A DNA stretch of 64,000 nt from Thermodesulfobium acidiphilum (GTDB taxonomy: Bacteria > Thermodesulfobiota > Thermodesulfobiia > Thermodesulfobiales > Thermodesulfobiaceae). The notes beneath the pieces were generated by a model that worked only from the letters and a program-made list of their open reading frames with translations, did no database searches and was not told the DNA's origin. The translations under genes were made by a program, and so were the position numbers. Each line of letters begins with the position of its first letter. Position 1 is the first letter of the stretch. Positions 19,299-30,057 of the stretch are shown piece by piece. The stretch is taken from assembly GCF_003057965.1 (NCBI RefSeq), contig NZ_CP020921.1, positions 608,916 to 672,915 on the forward strand, read 5' to 3'.

Positions 19299-22200
19299 AT
19301 GAGTTTTGTTCACCTTCACGTACACAGTGAATACAGCTTGCTGGATGGGGCAAGTAGGTTAGAGGATATAATTCTCAAAGCAAAAAATGATAACATGCAA
19401 GCTCTTGCACTTACTGATCATGGAAATATGTATGGTGCTCTTAAGTTTTATTCTTTAGCAAAAAAACATGAAATAAAACCATTACTTGGTTGTGAGATGT
19501 ATATCACGGATGATATGACCAGACAGACAAAAACAAATGGGAATGATGAATCCTATTTATCCCATTTAATTCTTATTGCAAAAAATTTTGAAGGCTATAA
19601 AAATTTGGTTAGATTGGTATCCTTTGGCTTTCTTAAAGGTTTTTACTATAAACCAAGAATTGATTTAAAAACTTTATTTGAATACAAAGAGGGTTTGTTG
19701 GTTTCTAGCGCATGCATGTATGGTAGAATACCTCAGCTAATTCTTTCTAACAATAAGGATCGGGCTATTGAGCTCGCAAAAACCTTTAAGGAACAGTTTG
19801 GTGACGACTTTTATCTTGAAATTCAAGATCATGGATTACCTGAAGAGAAAAGATTAATTCCTGTAATGATAAATATGTCACAGGATTTAAAAATTCCATT
19901 AATAGCTACTAACGACTCACATTATACTAATAAAGAGGATGCTGAATTTCATGATGTGCTGCTTTGCATTCAAACAAAAAAAACAATTCAGGATGAAAAT
20001 CGAATGAAATTTAATACTGATTCTCTTTATTTTAAAAATGCTGAAGAAATGAAAGAGCTCTTTTCTTACTGCAAAGAAGCTATTGAGAATACTTTGATAA
20101 TTGCAGATAAATGTAATCTGGAATTACCAATTGGAAATGTGACAGTTCCAAAGTTCCCCTGTCCTGAGGGGAAAACTGAGAAAGAATATTTAAACTTATT
20201 GATTGAAAAAGGTTTAAATCGAAGATACAAAGGCAATATTACTAAAGAAATTAAAGATCGTCTAAAATATGAGCTTGATATTATCCAGAAAACTGGCTAT
20301 GAAGGTTACTTTTTAATAGTATCAGATTATATTAATTATGCAAAAGAAAATGGAATTCAAGTTGGTCCGGGTAGAGGTTCTGCTGCTGGGAGTTTGGTAG
20401 CATATGTTCTTGGAATAACTGACATTGACCCTTTGAAATATAATTTGCTTTTTGAAAGATTCTTAAACCCGGAGAGGGTAAATCCGCCTGATATTGATGT
20501 TGATTTTTGTATCGAGAAGAGATCACAAGTTCTGAATTATTTGGTTAAAAGATATGGTCAAGAAAATGTAGCCCAAATTGGTACTTTTGGAACTATGAAC
20601 GCAAGAGCAGTAGTTAGAGATGTTGGAAGAACATTAGGTAAGCCACTTAGTATTGTTGATAAACTAGCAAAATTAATTCCAAACAAACCTGGTTCTCAAG
20701 CAACTTTGAAAGAAGCACAGGAATTACATGAAGTAAAACAATTTTTAGATTCTAACCCTTCTCTGAAAGAACTTTGGGAAAAAAGCATAAAGCTAGAAGG
20801 GCTAACACGTCACAGCTCTGTTCATGCTGCTGGTGTGGTGATATCACCCTTTCCTATTTATGATTTAATACCTTTACAAAGACCATCTGAAGGCGATGTT
20901 CCGGTAACGCAATGGCCTATGGAAGACGTAGAAAAATCAGGATTTTTAAAGATGGATTTGTTAGGATTAAGAAACCTAACAGTAATTGGGAAAACTCTAG
21001 AATTAATTGAAAAAACTAGGGGTATAAAGGTAGATATAGAAAGCATTCCCCTTGATGACCCGAAAGTTTATGAACTGTTAGAAAAGGGAGAAACTCTTGG
21101 AGTGTTTCAGCTAGAGAGTTCTGGAATGCAACAACTTTTAAAAGAAGTTAAACCTGATAAATTTGAGGATCTAATAGCAATACTTGCTCTTTATAGACCT
21201 GGTCCGATGAATTCTGGAATGGTAGAACAATTTATTAGACGAAAGCACAAAAAAGAGCCTGTTGTTTTTATCCATAAAGATGTTGAACCAGTTCTTTCTG
21301 AAACCTATGGTGTTATGATTTATCAAGAACAGATAATGCAGCTTGCAAGCATACTGGCAGGATTTTCTTTAGGTGAAGCGGATCTTTTAAGAAGAGCTAT
21401 GGGTAAGAAAAAAGCAGAGGTGATGGCGGCCCAAAAACCTAAGTTCGTTGAGGGGGCTATAAATAAAGGGTTAATCTCAAAGGATCAAGCTGAAAAAATA
21501 TTTGATGATATGGCAAAATTTGCTGAGTATGGCTTTAATAAATCTCATAGCGCTTCTTATGCTCTTATTACATATAGAACTGCCTGGTTAAAGGTTTATT
21601 ATACTCCTGAATATATGGCTGCTTTGCTTTCTTCTGTATCCTCTGATACTGATAAAGTTGCTGAATATATCAAGGAAGCAAAAAAGTTTGGTGTGGAAGT
21701 TTTGTCTCCTGATGTAAACGAAAGCGGGGAAAATTTTACTGTAATAGGAAACAAAATTAGATTTGGTCTTTCTGCAATTAAAGGTGTTGGTAAGGCTGCA
21801 ATTGATACTATATTAACAAGTAGACTTACAGATGGAAATTTTAAAAGTTTAAGAGATTTTATCTATAGAACCAGTTCAAAGTCTGTAAATAAAAAGATTT
21901 ATGAAAATTTAATAAAAGCTGGTGCACTTGATAATCTGTATAAAGATAGACTCAATCTTTTAGATCAGTTAGATGAAGTTCTGGCATTAGTAAAGAAAAG
22001 CGCCAAAACGGACAATGAACATAGCCTATTTAATGAAGCTTTTGACGAAGAGGAGCTTTATCTTGATAACGATATTGAAATTATTCCCAAAAGGGACTTT
22101 GACCCAAGTTTAAAGCTTTCATTTGAAAAGGAAGTTCTTGGACTTTATGTTAGCGGACATCCACTTAAGCCTTATAAATTTTTGATAAATAGCATTTCAA

Positions 22201-22715
22201 ATTTTAATATTTCTTCTCTAAACGAACTAGATGTTGAGAAGGTAAAAATTTGTGGAATAGTTTTTAATAAAAAACAAGTTTTTAAAAAAGATGGTTCTTT
22301 CTTTTTTGTATTAAACATTGAAGATTTAACTGGAAGTGTAGAGTGTATCTATTCTAAGAAGGACAAAGCTGTTATTGATGAAATAAAAGAAAATGATATT
22401 GTTTGGGTTGAGGGAAGACTTATAAAAAGGGATGAGGGATCAAGAATAATTATTGATCAAATAGGAAAGATTAACAAAAAGATATTTCATATTAAATTTT
22501 ATAGGAAACTTTGTTCAGAAAGCGCTTTAATGAGATTAAAAGAAGAGCTTTTGGTTGCAAAGGGCGATATACCATTAATTATTCATTTTGTGGACGAAAA
22601 CGTAGAAAAACTTTGTCTGGCAGATTCAAATTACTTTGTCAATATAGAAAACAATATTGTTGAAAGAATTGGTAAATTTAGGGGCATAGAATGCTGGCTT
22701 GAAGAAAATAGTTAA
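19299..22715 (+). CDS. dnaE: DNA polymerase III alpha subunit (DnaE1 type)
   Basis: [44 protein letters not shown]-terminal OB fold. Confidence 0.98.
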   Translation: MSFVHLHVHSEYSLLDGASRLEDIILKAKNDNMQALALTDHGNMYGALKFYSLAKKHEIKPLLGCEMYITDDMTRQTKTNGNDESYLSHLILIAKNFEGYKNLVRLVSFGFLKGFYYKPRIDLKTLFEYKEGLLVSSACMYGRIPQLILSNNKDRAIELAKTFKEQFGDDFYLEIQDHGLPEEKRLIPVMINMSQDLKIPLIATNDSHYTNKEDAEFHDVLLCIQTKKTIQDENRMKFNTDSLYFKNAEEMKELFSYCKEAIENTLIIADKCNLELPIGNVTVPKFPCPEGKTEKEYLNLLIEKGLNRRYKGNITKEIKDRLKYELDIIQKTGYEGYFLIVSDYINYAKENGIQVGPGRGSAAGSLVAYVLGITDIDPLKYNLLFERFLNPERVNPPDIDVDFCIEKRSQVLNYLVKRYGQENVAQIGTFGTMNARAVVRDVGRTLGKPLSIVDKLAKLIPNKPGSQATLKEAQELHEVKQFLDSNPSLKELWEKSIKLEGLTRHSSVHAAGVVISPFPIYDLIPLQRPSEGDVPVTQWPMEDVEKSGFLKMDLLGLRNLTVIGKTLELIEKTRGIKVDIESIPLDDPKVYELLEKGETLGVFQLESSGMQQLLKEVKPDKFEDLIAILALYRPGPMNSGMVEQFIRRKHKKEPVVFIHKDVEPVLSETYGVMIYQEQIMQLASILAGFSLGEADLLRRAMGKKKAEVMAAQKPKFVEGAINKGLISKDQAEKIFDDMAKFAEYGFNKSHSASYALITYRTAWLKVYYTPEYMAALLSSVSSDTDKVAEYIKEAKKFGVEVLSPDVNESGENFTVIGNKIRFGLSAIKGVGKAAIDTILTSRLTDGNFKSLRDFIYRTSSKSVNKKIYENLIKAGALDNLYKDRLNLLDQLDEVLALVKKSAKTDNEHSLFNEAFDEEELYLDNDIEIIPKRDFDPSLKLSFEKEVLGLYVSGHPLKPYKFLINSISNFNISSLNELDVEKVKICGIVFNKKQVFKKDGSFFFVLNIEDLTGSVECIYSKKDKAVIDEIKENDIVWVEGRLIKRDEGSRIIIDQIGKINKKIFHIKFYRKLCSESALMRLKEELLVAKGDIPLIIHFVDENVEKLCLADSNYFVNIENNIVERIGKFRGIECWLEENS

Positions 22716-22791
22716 TTAAAAAAAATAATTATATAATTAAAACAGTTGTAAAGAATAGTAAATCTATTTATCAAAATTAAAGGAGAGATAT

Positions 22792-24012
22792 TTGATTGTG
22801 AATAATTCGCTTTCTGGATCTGTAGATATGCTCCCAGAAGAAGTTTTATGTAGAAACTTAATAGAAGAAAAAATTAAAAGGTTTTGGGAGAGAAATGGGT
22901 TTGTTATGGTTTCAATCCCAGTTCTTGAAAATTGGGACAAATTACAGGTAGCCCTTGACGAAAAATTAATAGAGAAAACAATTAGATTTATTGATAGATT
23001 TGGAGGAGTTAGTGTTCTTAGCCCAGATTTAACGGTTTCAATTGCAAGAATGGTTTCTGCCAGAAAGAGAAATTTCACTTTTCCATTAAAATATTTTTAT
23101 TTATCAGATGTATTTAGAGTTACTTCAGAGCATAGCGTAATAAGACAATGTGGTGTTGAAATTATAGGTGCTGATAAACAAACTTTAGCTGATGTGGAAC
23201 TGGCAGTTTTAATTTTTATGACTTTGAAAGAGATTGGCTTTAATGAGATTTATCTTGAAATTGGAAATTTTGAAATATTAAAGGAGCTTTTGAGCCTAAA
23301 TATTCTTAAGAATCACAAGAAGAGCTTATTTGAAGCTTTCTTAAAGAAAGACTGGGTAGCACTGTACTGTATTTCAAATGAGATTAAGGATTCTAAAATT
23401 TCAAACTTTATTAAAAATCTTCCAGGGCTTTCAGGAACACCCGATGAGGTTTTTTCAAAAATTGATTTAGTTCCCGAATTTTTGCATCCTTCAGTTAAAA
23501 ATTTAGAGAAAATAAGTAATGAAATTAAAAATGCAGGTGTAAAGCACTATATTAATCTTTCGTTGATTAACGAAATTTCTTATTATACTGGTTTTATTTT
23601 TCAAGTCTTTGTTCCAGGTTTACCAAGTTCTATTGGTGGTGGCGGCAGATATGACGATTTATATTCTCTATTTGGTTTTGATTGTCCTTCTTCAGGATTT
23701 GGTATTGATTTAGATAAGATTTATGGGGTTTTGAAAGCAAATTATCTTAAACCCATAAATATTGACGTTCTTTTATGCTTTAATGATGGAATACCTTTAC
23801 ACTGGGTATGGAATTTGGCTGCTTCCTATAGAGACCAGTGTATAAGGGTGGAAATAGATTTGAAGAATAGAGAGTTTAACGAAGCTTTGGAGTTTTCAAA
23901 AAATAAGAGGGCTAAAAGGTTGGTTTATATATCAAAATTAGAATCATCAGGGGTATCTGGATGGATTGTTGATACCCATAATGAAAACAAAGAAAGGATG
24001 ACCTTCTGTTAA
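22792..24012 (+). CDS. hisZ: ATP phosphoribosyltransferase regulatory subunit HisZ
   Basis: HisRS-like fold (PDLTVSIAR, QCGVEIIG, YYTG, GGGRYDDL) directly before a short-form hisG. Confidence 0.9.
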   Translation: MIVNNSLSGSVDMLPEEVLCRNLIEEKIKRFWERNGFVMVSIPVLENWDKLQVALDEKLIEKTIRFIDRFGGVSVLSPDLTVSIARMVSARKRNFTFPLKYFYLSDVFRVTSEHSVIRQCGVEIIGADKQTLADVELAVLIFMTLKEIGFNEIYLEIGNFEILKELLSLNILKNHKKSLFEAFLKKDWVALYCISNEIKDSKISNFIKNLPGLSGTPDEVFSKIDLVPEFLHPSVKNLEKISNEIKNAGVKHYINLSLINEISYYTGFIFQVFVPGLPSSIGGGGRYDDLYSLFGFDCPSSGFGIDLDKIYGVLKANYLKPINIDVLLCFNDGIPLHWVWNLAASYRDQCIRVEIDLKNREFNEALEFSKNKRAKRLVYISKLESSGVSGWIVDTHNENKERMTFC

Positions 24013-24647
24013 TGCTTAAAATTGCTGTGCCAAAGGGAGTTTTGTTTGATCCGTCTTTAAAATTATTGAAAAATTGTGGGTACAAGATTCCTTCAGATTT
24101 TGGCAGGAAACTTTTAATAGAAGATTCAAATCAACAACTGTCTTTGATAATAGTAAGACCATTTGATATGCCTCTTTATGTAGAAGAAGGAGTTGTTGAT
24201 GTTGCTTTTATCGGTAAAGATGTAATTGAAGAAACTTCAATGTCTTGTTTTGAGATCTTAGATTTAGGTTATGGACAATGTAGGTTGTCAGTTGCTGTGC
24301 CAGGTTTTAGTCCTTATAGATCTGTTGAAGATTTTCACTCCTTTATTAAAGTTGGATCTAAATATCAAAACCTCTCAAAAAAATTTTTTATAGAAAAAGG
24401 AATTCAAGTTAGAATCTTCCCACTTGGAGGATCTGTGGAGTTGTCGCCTATTGTAGGTTTATCTGATGCAATAATCGATCTCGTTTCTACTGGCAATACC
24501 CTTAAAGCTAATAATCTTATAGAAATCGAAACTATTTTGTTTTCTACTTCTCGTTTAGTGGTAAATGATGCTAAGTATAGACTTAAGAGAAAAGAGATAA
24601 ATGAATTTATTTTGCGTGTTAAGGAGGTTCTTGATGATATTTATTGA
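24012..24647 (+). CDS. hisG: ATP phosphoribosyltransferase catalytic subunit (short form)
   Basis: IAVPKG, GSVEL.P..GL.DAI.DLVSTG.TL; 211 aa. Confidence 0.95.
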   Translation: MLKIAVPKGVLFDPSLKLLKNCGYKIPSDFGRKLLIEDSNQQLSLIIVRPFDMPLYVEEGVVDVAFIGKDVIEETSMSCFEILDLGYGQCRLSVAVPGFSPYRSVEDFHSFIKVGSKYQNLSKKFFIEKGIQVRIFPLGGSVELSPIVGLSDAIIDLVSTGNTLKANNLIEIETILFSTSRLVVNDAKYRLKRKEINEFILRVKEVLDDIY

Positions 24648-25920
24648 TGATTTTCTTTTATTAAAAAAGGAGGCAGAACTTCAAAGATTATGGAAAAGGA
24701 GGTCTTATTTTCAAGATAACAAAATTTTTGATGAAGTAAAAGCAATAATAAATGACATTAAAACAAGGGGACTTGAAGCTATAAAAGAATATTCTAAAAA
24801 ATTTGATGATTATGATTTATCCTCTGGTTTAATAGCTTCAGAAGAAGAAATAGTTTCTCAGGCAAGACTTGTGCCTGTTGATGTTTCTAACGCTTTAAAG
24901 CATTCTGCCAAAAGGATAAAGAGATATCATGAGAGCATTAAAATTAAATCCTTTAAGTATGAAACAGAAGAGTCGGAATCAGGGTTTAAATGGACTCCAA
25001 TTGAAAATGTAGGTATATATGTACCAGGGGGATTGGCAGCTTACCCATCTACAATTCTAATGACAGTTATTGTTGCTGATGTTGCGGGAGTGGACAATAT
25101 TTATGTATGCTCTAAACCAAACAGGGGAAAAATAAATCCATATATAGCTTCAGCTGTTCTTGCTTGTAATAGCAAGAAAGTTAAGATTGTAAAGCTTTCT
25201 GGTGTTCAGGCTATTTCTTCCATGGCTTTGGGTTTGGGGATTAAAAAAGTTGACAAGATATTTGGGCCTGGTAATGACTATGTAAGTCTTGCCAAAAAAT
25301 ATTTCTTTGGAGAAGTAGCTATTGATATGATAGCAGGTCCTTCTGAAATATTAATAGTTTCTGATGGCAAAACGAATCCGTCCTGGATTGCATGGGATTT
25401 TTTGTCGCAAGCAGAGCACGATAAAAATGCAAAAACTGGTCTGATATCAAATGAAATCGGTTTTTTAAATGAAGTAATGGAAAAAGTTAAAGAGTATTCT
25501 CTTAAAGTTTTGAACAAGCATATTGTAGAATCTTCACTCCAAAATTCCTTTTTTGGTTTTGCCCCTACCCTTGAAGATGCGATAAGTATTTCAAATATCT
25601 TGGCTCCTGAGCACCTAGAAATTGCTTGTGAAAATCCTGATGAGCTTTTTGACAAGGTTCAAAATGCAGGTACAGTTTTTTTGGGGAGTCTGACTTGTGA
25701 ACCATTTGGAGATTATATTTTAGGACCAAGCCATGTTTTGCCAACTTCGGGTAGTGCACGTTATTTTTCTGGGATAAACGTATATGATTTTCTAAAAAGA
25801 ACAAATTTCTCCAGAATAAAAACTAAAGATGCTCTAAAAAATCTTTTAGATGCCTCTTTAATAGCTGAGGTAGAAGGTTTTAGTGCTCATAAAAAGGCCA
25901 TGCTTTGTAGGAATGAATAA
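24634..25920 (+). CDS. hisD: Histidinol dehydrogenase
   Basis: YVPGG, GPGN, DMIAGPSE, QAEHD, APEHL, GDY..GPSHVLPT; SD AGGAGG before ATG 24634. Confidence 0.96.
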   Translation: MIFIDDFLLLKKEAELQRLWKRRSYFQDNKIFDEVKAIINDIKTRGLEAIKEYSKKFDDYDLSSGLIASEEEIVSQARLVPVDVSNALKHSAKRIKRYHESIKIKSFKYETEESESGFKWTPIENVGIYVPGGLAAYPSTILMTVIVADVAGVDNIYVCSKPNRGKINPYIASAVLACNSKKVKIVKLSGVQAISSMALGLGIKKVDKIFGPGNDYVSLAKKYFFGEVAIDMIAGPSEILIVSDGKTNPSWIAWDFLSQAEHDKNAKTGLISNEIGFLNEVMEKVKEYSLKVLNKHIVESSLQNSFFGFAPTLEDAISISNILAPEHLEIACENPDELFDKVQNAGTVFLGSLTCEPFGDYILGPSHVLPTSGSARYFSGINVYDFLKRTNFSRIKTKDALKNLLDASLIAEVEGFSAHKKAMLCRNE

Positions 25921-25957
25921 GAGTCTTACTTTATTAATGTAAAGGGAGTGTCATAAT

Positions 25958-26497
25958 GTGAAAGAAAAAGAAGATAAAACTTATATAGAGTATGTATATA
26001 GTGGGAAAATTATTAAAGTGAGAAGAGAGTGGATAAAAATTAAAAAAGGATCAAAGCAGCACAGAACATGGATGGAGGTAGTTGAATTTTCTAATGCTGT
26101 AGGTATAATTGCTTTACCTAATAAAGAAGAGATTTTATTAGTTGAACAATTTAGATATGCTCCTCATGAAAAACTGTTAGAAATTCCTGCTGGGAAACTG
26201 AATCCTGGTGAATCTCCTGAAGATGGTGCAGTAAGAGAACTTATTGAAGAAACAGGATATAGAGCTAAAAGTGTCAAAAGGATATTTTCTATGTATACGA
26301 CTCCAGGATTTACTGACGAATATATGCACATTATGGTTTGTGAAGATCTGGAATATGTTGGCGCTGATCCTGATGAAGATGAGTTAATTAATGTAGTAAA
26401 ATTTAATATCAAAGAACTTGAGAAGATGGTTTTAGAGGGGAAGATTAAAGACGCCAAAACAGTGCTTGCAGTCCTTTATCTTACAAGAAGGCAGTGA
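25958..26497 (+). CDS. nudF: NUDIX hydrolase, ADP-ribose pyrophosphatase type
   Basis: QFRY, EIPAG, Nudix box G..GE.....A.REL.EETG, PGFTDE, DAKT. Confidence 0.88.
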   Translation: MKEKEDKTYIEYVYSGKIIKVRREWIKIKKGSKQHRTWMEVVEFSNAVGIIALPNKEEILLVEQFRYAPHEKLLEIPAGKLNPGESPEDGAVRELIEETGYRAKSVKRIFSMYTTPGFTDEYMHIMVCEDLEYVGADPDEDELINVVKFNIKELEKMVLEGKIKDAKTVLAVLYLTRRQ

Positions 26498-27386
26498 GGC
26501 CCTAAACGCTTTTGTAAGTTATCTATTTTTTATAAGAGGATACTCTGAGAATACTGTAAATTCATACAGAAGTGATGTGAAATCCTTTTTCGACGTTGTA
26601 AAGGATAAAGTAAGCGATATAGCTGATATTGAAAAGCTATTATTATATTATTCAAATCATTTAATTTCAAACAATTATAAAGCCTCATCTCTTGAAAGAA
26701 AATTGGTAGCAATAAAACAATTTTTTATCTTTTCATTTCAGGAAGGCTATTATAAAGGTAAAATTCCTGATATTGTTTTACCTAAAAAAGAGAAAAGATT
26801 GCCGTTTTTTTTATCTAGGGAGGATGTCTTAAATATTTTTAATTTTGTTTCTAATTCAAAGCCATTTACCATCAGAGATTTACTTATTTTTAAGATGTTG
26901 TATTTTACCGGTATGAGAATTTCAGAGCTCTTAAATCTAAAGATTAATAGTGTTAATTTTGAAACTATGGATATAAGAGTTTTTGGAAAAGGATCAAAAG
27001 AAAGAATTATCCCTTTTCATCACGATATTTTAGACTTGTTTAATTCATATTTAATTTTTAGACAAGAAAATTTGAAACCCAAATGTGAGAATATTTTTGT
27101 TAATTCAAAAGGAAGGCCTCTTTCAAGACAATATATATGGAAAATGTGTAGGAAAGTAGGCAACTTCTTAAATTTGGAATTACATCCTCATATTTTTAGA
27201 CATTCATTAGCAACACATTTGCTCTCTGGTGGAGCAAGCATTAAAACGATACAGGAAATATTGGGTCATGAGTCAATTTCTACTACTCAAATATATACTC
27301 ATTTAGTATATGAAGAGCTAAAAAGGGAGTATTTAAGAGCATTTAAAAATTTCGATATTGATATTAATCCAATAAATAAATTATAA
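26466..27386 (+). CDS. xerD: Tyrosine recombinase XerD/XerC family
   Basis: GMRISE, GKGSKER, HIFRHS, LGH, TQIYT catalytic set; nudF-xerD synteny. Confidence 0.85.
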   Translation: MQSFILQEGSEALNAFVSYLFFIRGYSENTVNSYRSDVKSFFDVVKDKVSDIADIEKLLLYYSNHLISNNYKASSLERKLVAIKQFFIFSFQEGYYKGKIPDIVLPKKEKRLPFFLSREDVLNIFNFVSNSKPFTIRDLLIFKMLYFTGMRISELLNLKINSVNFETMDIRVFGKGSKERIIPFHHDILDLFNSYLIFRQENLKPKCENIFVNSKGRPLSRQYIWKMCRKVGNFLNLELHPHIFRHSLATHLLSGGASIKTIQEILGHESISTTQIYTHLVYEELKREYLRAFKNFDIDINPINKL

Positions 27387-27433
27387 TATTAATAAAATTT
27401 ATTTTTAATAATCAATTTTAAGGAGGATTGAGT

Positions 27434-29065
27434 TTGAAAAATTGTATAGCAAGGATTCCAGAACCTGTTAATGAACCTGTTTATGATTATGGGGTGGGAA
27501 GTAAAGAAAGAGATAAATTAAAATTAGCATTAAAAGACGTAGCTTCAAAAAAGGTTGAAATGGCATTAATTATTGATGGAAAAGAAGTTAAGACCGAAAA
27601 TAAAATAGATGTTAGATGTCCACATCAACACGATGTTGTTCTTGGTCAATATTATCAGGCTAGCAAGGAAGAAATCAAGTTAGCAATCGAATCGGCAATG
27701 AAAGCAAAAAAAAATTGGGCAAAAGTTGATTTTCAAGAAAGAGCAGCAATTTTTTTAAAAGCAGCAGAACTTTTAAGCACAAAGTATAGATACCTAATGA
27801 ATGCCACAACAATGCTTTCAATTAGCAAGAATGTATTTCAAGCTGAAATAGATTGTGTTTGTGAACTTATTGATTTTTTGAGATTTAACGTAAAATTTGC
27901 TGAGAAAATTTATGAAGATCAGCCCATTTCGCCAAAAGGTTTTTGGAACAGAATGCAATACAGACCTCTTGAAGGATTTGTATTTGCAGTTCCTCCATTT
28001 AACTTTGTTTCGATTTCTGGTAATTTGCCAACTGCACCGGTCATAATGGGGAATGTTTCAATTTGGAAACCAGCTTCTAGTGCTGTTTATCCTTCTTATT
28101 TGTTTATGAAGATTCTTCAAGAGGCAGGTTTGCCAGATGGAGTAATAAATTTTGTGCCTGCTAGGGGTTCTGATATAGGAGATTTAGTTTTCTCTTCAAG
28201 AGAATTTGCTGGTCTTCATTTCACAGGAAGTTATGAAACCTTTAACTATATGTGGAAAACAATAGCCAATAATATCTCGAATTATATAACCTATCCAAGA
28301 ATTGTTGGGGAAACTGGTGGTAAAGATTTTATTTTTGCTCATAATTCTGCTAACACTAAGAGTTTAATTACTGCAATTATTAGAGGTTCCTTTGAGTATC
28401 AAGGTCAAAAGTGTTCTGCTGTTTCAAGAGTTTATATGCCAAAATCAATTTTTAATGGCTTTAAAGACGATTTTCTTAATGAACTAAGCAAGATAAAAAT
28501 GGGAACTCCTGAAGATTTCACAAATTTTATAAATGCAGTTATAAATAGAGAATCATTTGATAAAATAAGATCTTATATCGATTATGCAAAAAATCACAAC
28601 GAAGCCAGGATCTTATTTGGTGGGAAATGTGATGATAGTGTGGGATATTTTATAGAACCTACCGTTATAGTCACTAAAAACCCTCACTTTAAAACTATGG
28701 AAGAAGAGATTTTTGGTCCTGTGGTGACTTTTTATCCTTATGATGATGATAAGTTTGAAGAAACGCTCTATTTATGTGATAAAACAAGTATATATGGGCT
28801 AACTGGTGCTATATTTGCCCAAGACAGAAATGCTATAAATATTGCAACTGAAATTCTTGAGTTTTGTGCTGGTAATTTTTATATTAACGATAAGCCAACA
28901 GGTGCGGTTGTAGGTCAGCAACCCTTTGGTGGAGCTAGAGCAAGTGGGACGAACGATAAGGCAGGCAGCTTGTTAAACCTCATTAGATGGACAAGTGCAA
29001 GGTCTGTTAAAGAAACTTTTAACCCCCCAGAACATTTCGAATACCCTTTTATGGAGGAAAGATAA
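27434..29065 (+). CDS. pruA: L-glutamate gamma-semialdehyde (P5C) dehydrogenase
   Basis: NEPV, QAEID..CELIDF, FTGS, GETGGKDF, FEYQGQKCSA, NDKPTGAVVGQQPFGG; TTG at 27434 fits SD spacing. Confidence 0.95.
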   Translation: MKNCIARIPEPVNEPVYDYGVGSKERDKLKLALKDVASKKVEMALIIDGKEVKTENKIDVRCPHQHDVVLGQYYQASKEEIKLAIESAMKAKKNWAKVDFQERAAIFLKAAELLSTKYRYLMNATTMLSISKNVFQAEIDCVCELIDFLRFNVKFAEKIYEDQPISPKGFWNRMQYRPLEGFVFAVPPFNFVSISGNLPTAPVIMGNVSIWKPASSAVYPSYLFMKILQEAGLPDGVINFVPARGSDIGDLVFSSREFAGLHFTGSYETFNYMWKTIANNISNYITYPRIVGETGGKDFIFAHNSANTKSLITAIIRGSFEYQGQKCSAVSRVYMPKSIFNGFKDDFLNELSKIKMGTPEDFTNFINAVINRESFDKIRSYIDYAKNHNEARILFGGKCDDSVGYFIEPTVIVTKNPHFKTMEEEIFGPVVTFYPYDDDKFEETLYLCDKTSIYGLTGAIFAQDRNAINIATEILEFCAGNFYINDKPTGAVVGQQPFGGARASGTNDKAGSLLNLIRWTSARSVKETFNPPEHFEYPFMEER

Positions 29066-29958
29066 TGCTGAATAATATTTTTAATTTTACTATTTCGAAC
29101 ACGATTGACTATGTTCCAGAACAAATAATTGATTTTTTTTCAAAGAAGTATGTTGCTGGTACGTCTCTTTCTGACGCAGTTAAGACTACGGTTGATTTGA
29201 ACTCTAAGGGGATAATGTCTACTATTGATGTATTGGGTGAATCTGTGTATAACGAGGATCAAACCATATTCTTTAGAAATGAATGTATTAAAGTACTTGA
29301 AACTATTAAAAAAGAGTCTCTTAACGCAAATCTTTCGTTAAAACCCACCCAGATGGGTCTTGCTATAAATAAGGCTCTTTGTTATGAAAATATAAGAAAA
29401 ATAGTAAAGAGAGCTAAAGAGTTGGACAATTTTGTAAGAATTGATATGGAAAATTCTCCATATACAAGTGATACGTTGAAGATGTATAAGCTTTTAAGAG
29501 AAGAATTTCCAGGTCATGTTGGGACTGTCTTACAGGCATATTTAAGAAGAACAGTTGACGATATTGATAAACTTTCAGATAAAGATCTGAATATAAGACT
29601 TTGTAAAGGCATCTACATGGAATCTTATAAAATTGCATATAAAAATCCTGAAATAATTAATGAAAATTACATTTATTGTTTAGAAAAACTTTTTGAGAAT
29701 AAGGCATATGTGGGCATTGCGACTCATGATGAGAAATTAATTTTTCATGCAATGAAACTAATTAGAAAGTACAATTTGCAGCCAAATGAATATGAATTTC
29801 AGATGCTATTGGGAATAGGCGAAAAATTAAGAGATTTCATACTTGCTAAAAAACATAGGCTTAGAATATATGTACCATATGGTAAAGAATGGTTGTCTTA
29901 TGTTAGAAGAAGATTAAAAGAAAATCCAAACATAATTAAAACAGCTCTTGGCTTATAG
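29065..29958 (+). CDS. Monofunctional proline dehydrogenase
   Basis: YVAG, DVLGE, SLKPTQ, RIDME, QAYL, RLCKGIY, ATHD, EFQML.G, YVPYG..W..Y..RRL.E. Confidence 0.95.
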   Translation: MLNNIFNFTISNTIDYVPEQIIDFFSKKYVAGTSLSDAVKTTVDLNSKGIMSTIDVLGESVYNEDQTIFFRNECIKVLETIKKESLNANLSLKPTQMGLAINKALCYENIRKIVKRAKELDNFVRIDMENSPYTSDTLKMYKLLREEFPGHVGTVLQAYLRRTVDDIDKLSDKDLNIRLCKGIYMESYKIAYKNPEIINENYIYCLEKLFENKAYVGIATHDEKLIFHAMKLIRKYNLQPNEYEFQMLLGIGEKLRDFILAKKHRLRIYVPYGKEWLSYVRRRLKENPNIIKTALGL

Positions 29959-30057
29959 TAAGAATATAAAAAATATTTATATATTATCAAATAAAAAGAA
30001 ATTATAATAGAATATTAGCATTGACATATTAAATATTTTATTTTAGGGGGTGCTAAT

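Noticed and set aside
19299..22715. Intein or split in dnaE
   Set aside because: Normal length (1138 aa), continuous motifs and no intein junction signature seen
22792..24012. Possible second histidyl-tRNA synthetase
   Set aside because: HisRS catalytic motifs are degenerate and the gene is coupled to short-form hisG, which identifies it as HisZ
26466..27386. Tyrosine recombinase as the integrase of an island ending at tRNA-Gly
   Set aside because: Size, motifs and overlap with nudF fit housekeeping XerD; no att repeats seen
30015..30056. CIRCE-like inverted repeat TTAGCATTG...GGGTGCTAA before the LivJ-type gene
   Set aside because: The spacer is 24 bp rather than 9, the arms are imperfect and the gene is not a heat-shock gene; at most a weak SD-adjacent stem
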